A stretch of 64,000 nt of DNA, from positions 1 through 64,000 of the forward strand of contig JAUCBJ010002187.1 in the NCBI GenBank assembly GCA_032718475.1, given 5' to 3'. Positions 25,701 to 38,000 of this stretch are shown piece by piece; the first letter of the stretch is position 1; the number at the start of each line of letters is the position of its first letter. Position numbers and translations under genes: made by a program. The notes under the pieces are model-generated. The model ran no database searches. It was not told the origin of the DNA and saw only the letters and a list, made by a program, of their open reading frames with translations. This stretch comes from Nemertoderma westbladi (taxonomy: Eukaryota; Animalia; Xenacoelomorpha).

Positions 25701-28700
25701 TGTATTATTGGTGTTGGCTGAGCGTATTAATAATGTATTATTGGTGTTGGCTGAACGTATTAATAATGAATTATTGGTGTTGGTTGAAAGTATTAATAAT
25801 GTATTATTGGTGTTGGCTGAAAGTAATAATGTATTATTGGTGTTGGTTGAAAGTATTAATAATGTATTATTGGTGTTGGCTGAGCGTATTAATAATGAAT
25901 TATTGGTGTTGGTTGAAAGTATTAATAATGTATTATTGGTGTTGGCTGAGCGTATTAATAATGAATTATTGGTGTTGGTTGAAAGTATTAATAATGTATT
26001 ATTGGTGTTGGCTGAGCGTATTAATAATGTATTATTGGTGTTGGCTGAACGTATTAATAATGTATTATTGGTGTTGGCTGAGCGTATTAATAATGTATTA
26101 TTGGTGTTGGCTGAGCGTATTAATAATGTATTATTGGTGTTGGCTGAGCGTATTAATAATGAATTATTGGTGTTGGTTGAAAGTATTAATAATGTATTAT
26201 TGGTGTTGGCTGAGCGTATTAATAATGAATTATTGGTGTTGGTTGAAAGTATTAATAATGTATTATTGGTGTTGGCTGAGCGTATTAATAATGTATTATT
26301 GGTGTTGGCTGAACGTATTAATAATGAATTATTGGTGTTGGTTGAAAGTATTAATAATGTATTATTGGTGTTGGCTGAAAGTAATAATGTATTATTGGTG
26401 TTGGTTGAAAGTATTAATAATGTATTATTGGTGTTGGCTGAGCGTATTAATAATGAATTATTGGTGTTGGTTGAAAGTATTAATAATGAATTATTGGTGT
26501 TGGTTGAAAGTATTAATAATGAATTATTGGTGTTGGTTGAAAGTATTAATAATGTATTATTGGTGTTGGCCGAGCGTATTAATAATGTATTATTGGTGTT
26601 GGCTGAACGTATTAATAATGTATTATTGGTGTTGGCTGAGCGTATTAATAATGTATTATTGGTGTTGGCTGAGCGTATTAATAATGTATTATTGGTGTTG
26701 GCTGAGCGTATTAATAATGAATTATTGGTGTTGGTTGAAAGTATTAATAATGTATTATTGGTGTTGGCTGAGCGTATTAATAATGAATTATTGGTGTTGG
26801 TTGAAAGTATTAATAATGAATTATTGGTGTTGGCTGAAAGTATTAATAATGTATTATTGGTGTTGGCTGAGCGTATTAATAATGTATTATTGGTGTTGGT
26901 TGAAAGTATTAATAATGTATTATTGGTGTTGGCTGAGCGTATTAATAATGTATTATTGGTGTTGGCTGAGCGTATTAATAATGTATTATTGGTGTTGGCT
27001 GAGCGTATTAATAATGAATTATTGGTGTTGGCTGAGCGTATTAATAATGAATTATTGGTGTTGGTTGAAAGTATTAATAATGTATTATTGGTGTTGGCTG
27101 AAAGTATTAATAATGTATTATTGGTGTTGGCTGAGCGTATTAATAATGTATTATTGGTGTTGGCTGAATGTATTAATAATGAATTATTGGTGTTGGCTGA
27201 AAGTAATAATGTATTATTGGTGTTGGTTGAAAGTATTAATAATGTATTATTGGTGTTGGCTGAGCGTATTAATAATGTATTATTGGTGTTGGCTGAGCGT
27301 ATTAATAATGTATTATTGGTGTTGGCTGAGCGTATTAATAATGAATTATTGGTGTTGGCTGAGCGTATTAATAATGAATTATTGGTGTTGGTTGAAAGTA
27401 TTAATAATGTATTATTGGTGTTGGCTGAAAGTATTAATAATGTATTATTGGTGTTGGCTGAGCGTATTAATAATGTATTATTGGTGTTGGCTGAATGTAT
27501 TAATAATGAATTATTGGTGTTGGCTGAAAGTAATAATGAATTATTGGTGTTGGTTGAAAGTATTAATAATGTATTATTGGTGTTGGCTGAACGTATTAAT
27601 AATGAATTATTGGTGTTGGTTGAAAGTATTAATAATGTATTATTGGTGTTGGCTGAAAGTATTAATAATGTATTATTGGTGTTGGCTGAGCGTATTAATA
27701 ATGTATTATTGGTGTTGGCTGAGCGTATTAATAATGTATTATTGGTGTTGGCTGAGCGTATTAATAATGAATTATTGGTGTTGGCTGAGCGTATTAATAA
27801 TGAATTATTGGTGTTGGTTGAAAGTATTAATAATGTATTATTGGTGTTGGCTGAAAGTATTAATAATGTATTATTGGTGTTGGCTGAGCGTATTAATAAT
27901 GTATTATTGGTGTTGGCTGAATGTATTAATAATGAATTATTGGTGTTGGCTGAAAGTAATAATGTATTATTGGTGTTGGTTGAAAGTATTAATAATGTAT
28001 TATTGGTGTTGGCTGAACGTATTAATAATGAATTATTGGTGTTGGTTGAAAGTATTAATAATGTATTATTGGTGTTGGCTGAAAGTATTAATAATGTATT
28101 ATTGGTGTTGGCTGAGCGTATTAATAATGAATTATTGGTGTTGGCTGAGCGTATTAATAATGAATTATTGGTGTTGGCTGAACGTATTAATAATGAATTA
28201 TTGGTGTTGGTTGAAAGTATTAATAATGTATTGTTGGTGTTGGCTGAAAATAATAATGTATTATTGGTGTTGGCTGAACGTATTAATAATGAATTATTGG
28301 TGTTGGCTTAACGAATTAATAATGTATTATTGGTGTTGGCTGAGCGTATTAATAATGAATTATTGGTGTTGGTTGAAAGTATTAATAATGTATTATTGGT
28401 GTTGGCTGAGCGTATTAATAATGTATTATTGGTGTTGGCTGAACGTATTAATAATGAATTATTGGTGTTGGCTGAAAGTAATAATGTATTATTGGTGTTG
28501 GTTGAAAGTATTAATAATGTATTATTGGTGTTGGCTGAGCGTATTAATAATGTATTATTGGTGTTGGTTGAAAGTATTAATAATGTATTATTGGTGTTGG
28601 CTGAGCGTATTAATAATGTATTATTGGTGTTGGCTGAACGTATTAATAATGAATTATTGGTGTTGGTTGAAAGTATTAATAATGTATTATTGGTGTTGGT

Positions 28701-31700
28701 TGAAAGTATTAATAATGAATTATTGGTGTTGGCTGAGCGTATTAATAATGAATTATTGGTGTTGGTTGAAAGTATTAATAATGCATTATTGGTGTTGGCT
28801 GAGCGTATTAATAATGAATTATTCGTGTGTTGATTGAAAGTATTAATAATGTATTATTGGTGTTGGTTGAAAGTATTAATAATGAATTATTGGTGTTGGC
28901 TGAGCGTATTAATAATGAATTATTGGTGTTGGTTGAAAGTATTAATAATGTATTATTGGTGTTGGCTGAACGTATTAATAATGAATTATTGGTGTTGGTT
29001 GAAAGTATTAATAATGTATTATTGGTGTTGGCTGAGCGTATTAATAATGAATTATTGGTGTTGGTTGAAAGTATTAATAATGTATTATTGGTGTTGGCTG
29101 AGCGTATTAATAATGAATTATTGGTGTTGGTTGAAAGTATTAATAATGTATTATTGGTGTTGGCTGAAAGTAATAATGTATTATTGGTGTTGGCTGAAAG
29201 TAATAATGTATTATTGGTGTTGGCTGTACGTGTTAATACTGTATTTGGTGTTGGCTGAACACCAATCAAATAATGTATTAATAATGTATCATTGGTACTG
29301 TCTGAACGTGTTAATAATGTATTATTGGTGTTGGCTGATAGTAATAATGAATTATTGGTGTTGGCTGAAAGTATTAATAATGTATTATTGGTGTTGGCTG
29401 AAAGTAATAATGTATTATTGGTGTTGGCTGAGCGTATCAATAATGAATTATTGGTGTTGTTTGAAAGTATTAATAATGTATTATTGGTGTTGGTTGAAAG
29501 TATTAATAATGAATTATTGGTGTTGGCTGAGCGTATTAATAATGAATTATTGGTGTTGGCTGAAAGTAATAATGAATTATTGGTGTTGGCTGAAAGTAAT
29601 AATGTATTATTGGTGTTGGCTGTACGTGTTAATACTGTATTTGGTGTTGGCTGAACACCAATCAAATAATGTATTAATAATGTATCATTGGTACTGTCTG
29701 AACGTGTTAATAATGTATTATTGGTGTTGGCTGATAGTAATAATGAATTATTGGTGTTGGCTGAAAGTATTAATAATGTATTATTGGTGTTGGCTGAAAG
29801 TAATAATGTATTATTGGTGTTGGCTGAGCGTATCAATAATGAATTATTGGTGTTGTTTGAAAGTATTAATAATGAATTATTGGTGTTGGCTGAAAGTAAT
29901 AATGAATTATTGGTGTTGGCTGAAAGTAATAATGTATTATTGGTGTTGGCTGTACGTGTTAATACTGTATTTGGTGTTGGCTGAACACCAATCAAATAAT
30001 GTATTAATAATGTATCATTGGTACTGTCTGAACGTGTTAATAATGTATTATTGGTGTTGGCTGATAGTAATAATGAATTATTGGTGTTGGCTGAAAGTAT
30101 TAATAATGTATTATTGGTGTTGGCTGAAAGTAATAATGTATTATTGGTGTTGGCTGAGCGTATCAATAATGAATTATTGGTGTTGTTTGAAAGTATTAAT
30201 AATGAATTATTGGTGTTGGCTGAAAGTAATAATGAATTATTGGTGTTGGCTGAAAGTAATAATGTATTATTGGTGTTGGCTGTACGTGTTAATACTGTAT
30301 TTGGTGTTGGCTGAACACCAATCAAATAATGTATTAATAATGTATCATTGGTACTGTCTGAACGTGTTAATAATGTATTATTGGTGTTGGCTGATAGTAA
30401 TAATGAATTATTGGTGTTGGCTGAAAGTATTAATAATGTATTATTGGTGTTGGCTGAAAGTAATAATGTATTATTGGTGTTGGCTGAGCGTATCAATAAT
30501 GAATTATTGGTGTTGTTTGAAAGTATTAATAATGAATTATTGGTGTTGGCTGAAAGTAATAATGAATTATTGGTGTTGGCTGAAAGTAATAATGTATTAT
30601 TGGTGTTGGCTGTACGTGTTAATACTGTATTTGGTGTTGGCTGAACACCAATCAAATAATGTATTAATAATGTATCATTGGTACTGTCTGAACGTGTTAA
30701 TAATGTATTATTGGTGTTGGCTGATAGTAATAATGAATTATTGGTGTTGGCTGAAAGTATTAATAATGTATTATTGGTGTTGGCTGAAAGTAATAATGTA
30801 TTATTGGTGTTGGCTGAGCGTATCAATAATGAATTATTGGTGTTGTTTGAAAGTATTAATAATGGATTATTGGTGTTGGCTGAAAGTAATAATGAATTAT
30901 TGGTGTTGGCTGAAAGTAATAATGTATTATTGGTGTTGGCTGTACGTGTTAATACTGTATTTGGTGTTGGCTGAACACCAATCAAATAATGTATTAATAA
31001 TGTATCATTGGTACTGTCTGAACGTGTTAATAATGTATTATTGGTGTTGGCTGATAGTAATAATGAATTATTGGTGTTGGCTGAAAGTATTAATAATGTA
31101 TTATTGGTGTTGGCTGAAAGTAATAATGTATTATTGGTGTTGGCTGAGCGTATCAATAATGAATTATTGGTGTTGTTTGAAAGTATTAATAATGTATTAT
31201 TGGTGTTGGTTGAAAGTATTAATAATGAATTATTGGTGTTGGCTGAGCGTATTAATAATGAATTATTGGTGTTGGCTGAAAGTAATAATGAATTATTGGT
31301 GTTGGCTGAAAGTAATAATGTATTATTGGTGTTGGCTGTACGTGTTAATACTGTATTTGGTGTTGGCTGAACACCAATCAAATAATGTATTAATAATGTA
31401 TCATTGGTACTGTCTGAACGTGTTAATAATGTATTATTGGTGTTGGCAGAAAGTATTAATAATGTATTATTGGTGTTGGCTGAGCGTATTAATAATGTAT
31501 TATTGGTGTTGGCTGAACGTATTAATAATGAATTATTGGTGTTGGTTGAAAGTATTAATAATGTATTATTGGTGTTGGCTGAAAGTAATAATGTATTATT
31601 GGTGTTGGTTGAAAGTATTAATAATGTATTATTGGTGTTGGCTGAGCGTATTAATAATGAATTATTGGTGTTGGTTGAAAGTATTAATAATGTATTATTG

Positions 31701-33590
31701 GTGTTGGCTGAGCGTATTAATAATGAATTATTGGTGTTGGTTGAAAGTATTAATAATGTATTATTGGTGTTGGCTGAGCGTATTAATAATGTATTATTGG
31801 TGTTGGCTGAACGTATTAATAATGTATTATTGGTGTTGGCTGAGCGTATTAATAATGTATTATTGGTGTTGGCTGAGCGTATTAATAATGTATTATTGGT
31901 GTTGGCTGAGCGTATTAATAATGAATTATTGGTGTTGGTTGAAAGTATTAATAATGTATTATTGGTGTTGGCTGAGCGTATTAATAATGAATTATTGGTG
32001 TTGGTTGAAAGTATTAATAATGTATTATTGGTGTTGGCTGAGCGTATTAATAATGTATTATTGGTGTTGGCTGAACGTATTAATAATGAATTATTGGTGT
32101 TGGTTGAAAGTATTAATAATGTATTATTGGTGTTGGCTGAAAGTAATAATGTATTATTGGTGTTGGTTGAAAGTATTAATAATGTATTATTGGTGTTGGC
32201 TGAGCGTATTATTAATGAATTATTGGTGTTGGTTGAAAGTATTAATAATGTATTATTGGTGTTGGTTGAAAGTATTAATAATGAATTATTGGTGTTGGTT
32301 GAAAGTATTAATAATGTATTATTGGTGTTGGCTGAGCGTATTAATAATGTATTATTGGTGTTGGCTGAACGTATTAATAATGTATTATTGGTGTTGGCTG
32401 AGCGTATTAATAATGTATTATTGGTGTTGGCTGAGCGTATTAATAATGTATTATTGGTGTTGGCTGAGCGTATTAATAATGAATTATTGGTGTTGGTTGA
32501 AAGTATTAATAATGTATTATTGGTGTTGGCTGAGCGTATTAATAATGAATTATTGGTGTTGGTTGAAAGTATTAATAATGAATTATTGGTGTTGGCTGAA
32601 AGTATTAATAATGTATTATTGGTGTTGGCTGAGCGTATTAATAATGTATTATTGGTGTTGGTTGAAAGTATTAATAATGTATTATTGGTGTTGGCTGAGC
32701 GTATTAATAATGTATTATTGGTGTTGGCTGAGCGTATTAATAATGTATTATTGGTGTTGGCTGAGCGTATTAATAATGAATTATTGGTGTTGGCTGAGCG
32801 TATTAATAATGAATTATTGGTGTTGGTTGAAAGTATTAATAATGTATTATTGGTGTTGGCTGAAAGTATTAATAATGTATTATTGGTGTTGGCTGAGCGT
32901 ATTAATAATGTATTATTGGTGTTGGCTGAACGTATTAATAATGAATTATTGGTGTTGGCTGAAAGTAATAATGTATTATTGGTGTTGGTTGAAAGTATTA
33001 ATAATGTATTATTGGTGTTGGCTGAGCGTATTAATAATGTATTATTGGTGTTGGTTGAAAGTATTAATAATGTATTATTGGTGTTGGCTGAGCGTATTAA
33101 TAATGTATTATTGGTGTTGGCTGAACGTATTAATAATGAATTATTGGTGTTGGCTGAAAGTATTAATAATGTATTATTGGTGTTGGCTGAAAGTATTAAT
33201 AATGTATTATTGGTGTTGGCTGAGCGTATTAATAATGTATTATTGGTGTTGGCTGAACGTATTAATAATGAATTATTGGTGTTGGCTGAAAGTATTAATA
33301 ATGTATTATTGGTGTTGGTTGAAAGTATTAATAATGTATTATTGGTGTTGGCTGAAAGTATTAATAATGTATTATTGGTGTTGGCTGAGCGTATTAATAA
33401 TGTATTATTGGTGTTGGTTGAAAGTATTAATAATGTATTATTGGTGTTGGCTGAGCGTATTAATAATGAATTATTGGTGTTGGTTGAAAGTATTAATAAT
33501 GTATTATTGGTGTTGGCTGTACGTGTTAATACTGTATTATTGGTGTTGGCTGAAAGTATTAATAATGTATTGTTGGTGTTGGTTGAAATG
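19770..33590 (+). repeat. 33/30-bp minisatellite (GAAAGTATTAATAATGTATTATTGGTGTTGGCT and variants), ~13.8 kb, with higher-order structure; probably intronic
   Basis: Directly visible; 330-bp higher-order blocks, and a unique marker ATTCGTGTGTTGATTG repeated 6050 bp apart (22771, 28821). Confidence 0.97.
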
Positions 33591-33623
33591 ATATTATCTA
33601 CAAATCTGAGATGGAAATTTTAC

Positions 33624-33653
33624 CCGTCGTATTCGTATTCTTGGAACGTGTTT
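33624..33653 (-). CDS. Candidate 30-nt micro-exon (KHVPRIRIRR)
   Basis: TTTCCTGTGTAAACAG| acceptor, CGG|GTAAAA donor, phase 0-0 and so compatible with flanking exons; use is unverified. Confidence 0.3.
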
Positions 33654-33779
33654 CTGTTTACACAGGAAACAATCAGAAGATATTTTTAGTTGCTCTGTGA
33701 ATTTTAGTTCTCGCTTGTCTGTTTCATCGAGCATCAATTAATTTTCTGCTCGTTTCAGAAGGTTTGCAAATAATCATAC

Positions 33780-33908
33780 CAAGGTCAGTCCCACGGGGTC
33801 TCGTTTCTCTGGTTTGTCACTCTCGGTCTCGTTTCTCTGGTTTCTCACTCTCGGTCTCGTTTCTCTGGTTTGTCGCTCGCGCGGTCTCGTTTCCTGATAC
33901 TGTGCTCG
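33780..33908 (-). CDS. Candidate exon (129 bp, phase 0-0) containing a 28-bp internal repeat
   Basis: TTGTCAG| acceptor and TTG|GTATGA donor. Only the phase-0 frame is open (RAQYQETRPRERQ...DPVGLTL). Confidence 0.4.
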
Positions 33909-33967
33909 CTGACAACTCACCACATCTAGCCAGTTGATATTGACTACTATACAATAACTTTTCCTAC

Positions 33968-34258
33968 CTGATTTTCTATATATCGAGTCTCGTTGTTCAT
34001 GTATGTTTGTCCAGAATCATGGATTCTGTCTGTATTTCCAGCATCATAGTTCCTGTCTGTATGCTGAGGTTCGTTGTTCCTGTCTGTATGCTGAGGCTCG
34101 TGGTTCCTGTACATGTGATACCGTGGGAACCCTTTATACCTGGCGTCGGTCCATAATGAGGATTCACCCGGCTCGTCGCCACGGTGATCATCATGTAAAC
34201 GGACAGGCGTTACACCTGAGCCTACCAGCCTTTCGTCCTGAGGTTGACCTACTGGCAT
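33968..34258 (-). CDS. Probable first coding exon of the GKPGxGAP-repeat gene
   Basis: ATG at 34258, hydrophilic ORF (MPVGQPQDERL...NETRYIENQ) with 30-bp EPQHTDRN repeats, donor CAG|GTAGGA in phase 0, compatible with the downstream exons. Linkage across the 14-kb intron is inferred. Confidence 0.55.
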
Positions 34259-35032
34259 ACTTTCTCTTAGATAGCGCTCAGAAACAACAATATCATTGAG
34301 TTAATCCATCAATTTGTTACACAATAGCAGTAGAACTTTACAATCCTACCCACCACAAACCCAATATAATACAATTTATTTAATTATATTTTTCACCGTA
34401 TATAATTACAAACTTAGTGTAATACTATTTCATTAGAAGCAAAATTGAAATTAAGAATTACTTTAATAACGTTGAAATGGCAATTATACCAGTTGGTTAA
34501 TTTAGCGCTATTCCGTTGCTATGCGCTCGTACATTCGCAGGATGCACCTAATCTTGGCTCATTTTCATCTATCGTGGATAATATTGTTCTTTGATCGAGC
34601 CATTACTCCAGTAGGTAATAAGTAAATTCAATAATTAAACAACAGATATAAAGGGCCTAATTACATAGCCTTACATCCAATTACATCGCCTTATTATGTT
34701 ATACGTGTGTGTAGATTCAATAATAAAGTCGGACATCCTTTTCGCATTAGTGGGAATAAATGTTATGGTATAGCACTACACTTTATATGGTTATTGTAAT
34801 TATCATCTCATTTGATGAGCAGTTTCTAACTGCTACGCACTACCAATGCGATATCAGGGGCAACTTTATCACACAGGGAATAGAATATAGTACAATATAA
34901 AGTATTAAATTATTGTCAATTGAATTACAATAATCAAATTGGAACAAATAATTCCCCAACTGAGAATGTTCTTTATGTTGTACACGGAAACCAAACCAAC
35001 CCGGTGTTTTTAATTTGTTTATTGCAGAATAA

Positions 35033-38000
35033 CTAACCCAAACAACGCCCAACCTCCTAACCCAAACAACGCCCAACCTCCTAACCCAAACAACGCCCAG
35101 CCTCCTAACCCAAACAACGCCCAACCTCCTAACCCAAACAACGCCCAACCTCCTAACCCAAACAACGCCCAGCCTCCTAACCCAAACAACGCCCAACCTC
35201 CTAACCCAAACAACGCCCAACCTCCTAACCCAAACAACGCCCAACCTCCTAACCCAAACAACGCCCAACCTCCTAACCCAAACAACGCCCAACCTCCTAA
35301 CCCAAACAAAGCCCAACCTCCTAACCCAAACAACGCCCAACCTCCTAACCCAAACAACGCCCAACCTCCTAACCCAAACAACGCCCAACCTCCTAACCCA
35401 AACAACGCCCAACCTCCTAACCCAAACAACGCCCAGCCTCCTAAGCCAAACAACGCCCAACCTCCTAACCCAAACAACGCCCAACCTTCTAACCCAATCA
35501 ACGTCCAACCTCCTAACCCAAACAACGCCCAACCTCCTAACCCAAACAACGCCCAACCTCCTAACCCAAACAACGCCCAACCTCCTAACCCAAACAACGC
35601 CCAACCTCCTAACCCAAACAACGCCCAACCTCCTAACCCAAACAACGCCCAGCCTCCTAACCCAAACAACGCCCAACCTCCTAACCCAAACAACGCCCAA
35701 CCTTCTAACCCAATCAACGTCCAACCTCCTAACCCAAACAACGCCCAACCTCCTAACCCAAACAACGCCCAACCTCCTAACCCAAACAACGCCCAATCTT
35801 CTAACCCAAACAACGCCCAATCTTCTAACCCAAACAACGCCCAACCTCCTAACACAAACAACGCCCAACCTCCTAACCCAAACAACGCCCAACCTCCTAA
35901 TCCAATCAACGTCCAACCTCCTAACCCAAACAACGCCCAACCTCCTAACCCAATCAACGTCCAACCTCCTAACCCAAACAACGCCCAACCTCCTAACCCA
36001 AACAACGCCCAGCCTCCTAACCCAAACAACGCCCAATGTTCTAACCCAAACAACGCCCAACCTCCTAACCCAAACAACGCCCAACCTCCTAACCCAAACA
36101 ACGCCCAACCTTCTAACCCAATCAACGTCCAACCTCCTAACCCAAACAACGCCCAGCCTCCTAACCCAAACAACGCCCAATGTTCTAACCCAAACAACGC
36201 CCAACCTCCTAACCCAAACAACGCCCAACCTCCTAACCCAAACAACGCCCAACCTCCTAACCCAAACAACGCCCAATCTTCTAACCCAAACAACGCCCAA
36301 TCTTCTAACCCAAACAACGCCCAACCTCCTAACACAAACAACGCCCAACCTCCTAACCCAAACAACGCCCAACCTCCTAACCCAATCAACGTCCAACCTC
36401 CTAACCCAAACAACGCCCAACCTCCTAACCCAAACAACGCCCAGCCTTCTATCCCAAACAACGCCCAATCTTCTAACCCAAACAACGCCCAAACTCCTAA
36501 CCCAAACAACGCCCAACCTCCCAACCCAAACAACGCCCAACCTCCTAACCCAAACAACACCCAGCCTCCTAACCCAAACAACGCCCAACCTCCTAACCCA
36601 AACAACGCCCAACCTCCAAACCCAATCAACGTCCAACCTCCTAACCCAAACAACGCCCAACCTCCTAACCCAAACAACGCCCAACCTCCTAACCCAATCA
36701 ACGCCCAACCTCCTAACCCAAACAACGCCCAACCTCCTAACCCAAACAACGCCCAACCTCCTAACCCAAACAACGCCCAACCTCCTAACCCAAACAACGC
36801 CCAACCTCCTAACCCAAACAACACCCAACCTCCTAACCCAAACAACGCCCAACCTCCTAACCCAAATAACGCCCAATCTTCTAACCCAAACAACGCCCAA
36901 CCTCCTAACCCAAACAACGCCTAACCTCCTAACTCAAACAACGCCCAACCCCCATACCCAAACAACGCCCAACCTCCTAACCCAAACAACGCCCAACCTT
37001 CTAACCCAAACAACGCCCAACCTCCTAACCCAAACAACGCCCAACCTTCTAACCCAAACAACGCCCAACCTCCTAACCCAAACAACGCCCAGCCTCCTAA
37101 TCCAAACAACGCCCAACCTCCTAACCCAAACAACGCCCAACCTCCTAACCCAAACAACGCCCAACCTCCTAACCCAAACAACGCCCAACCTCCTAACCCA
37201 AACAACGCCCAACCTCCTAACCCAAACAACGCCCAACCTCCTAACCCAAACAACGCCCAACCTCCTAACCCAAACAACGCACAACCTCCTAACCCAAACA
37301 ACGCCCAATCTTCTAACCCAAACAACGCCCAGCCTCCTAACCCAAATAACGCCCAACCTCCTAACCCAAACAACGCCCAACCTCCTAACCCAAACAACGC
37401 CCAACCTCCTAACCCAAACAACGCCCAACCTCCTAACCCAAACAACGCCCAGCCTCCTAACCCAAACAACGCCCAATCTTCTAACCCAAACAACGCCCAG
37501 CCTCCTAACCCAAATAACGCCCAACCTCCTAACCCAAACAACGCCCAACCTCCTAACCCAAACAACGCCCAACCTCCTAAACCAAACAACGCCCAACCTC
37601 CTAACCCAAACAACGCCCAACCTCCTAACCCAAACAACGCCCAACCTCCTAAACCAAACAACGCCCAATCTTCTAACCCAAACAACGCCCAGCCTCCTAA
37701 CCCAAATAACGCCCAACCTCCTAACCCAAACAACGCCCAACCTCCTAACCCAAACAACGTCCAACCTCCTAACCCAAACAACGCCCAACCTCCTAACCCA
37801 AACAACGCCCAGCCTCCTAACCCAAACAACGCCCAATCTTCTAACCCAAACAACGCCTAACCTCCTAACCTAAACAACGCCCAACCTCCTAACCCAAACA
37901 ACGCCCAATCTTCTAACCCAAACAACGCCCAATCTTCTAACCCAAACAACGCCCAACCTCCTAACCCAAACAACGCCCAACCTCTTAACCCAAACAACGC

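Noticed and set aside
19728-33689. Very long ORFs (up to 2017 aa; YYWCWLKVLIM, VLAERINN and SANTNN repeats)
   Set aside because: Translations of a 33/30-bp satellite that is open in several frames on both strands because the unit length is a multiple of 3 and those frames lack stops. Compositions are implausible and there is no unique domain.
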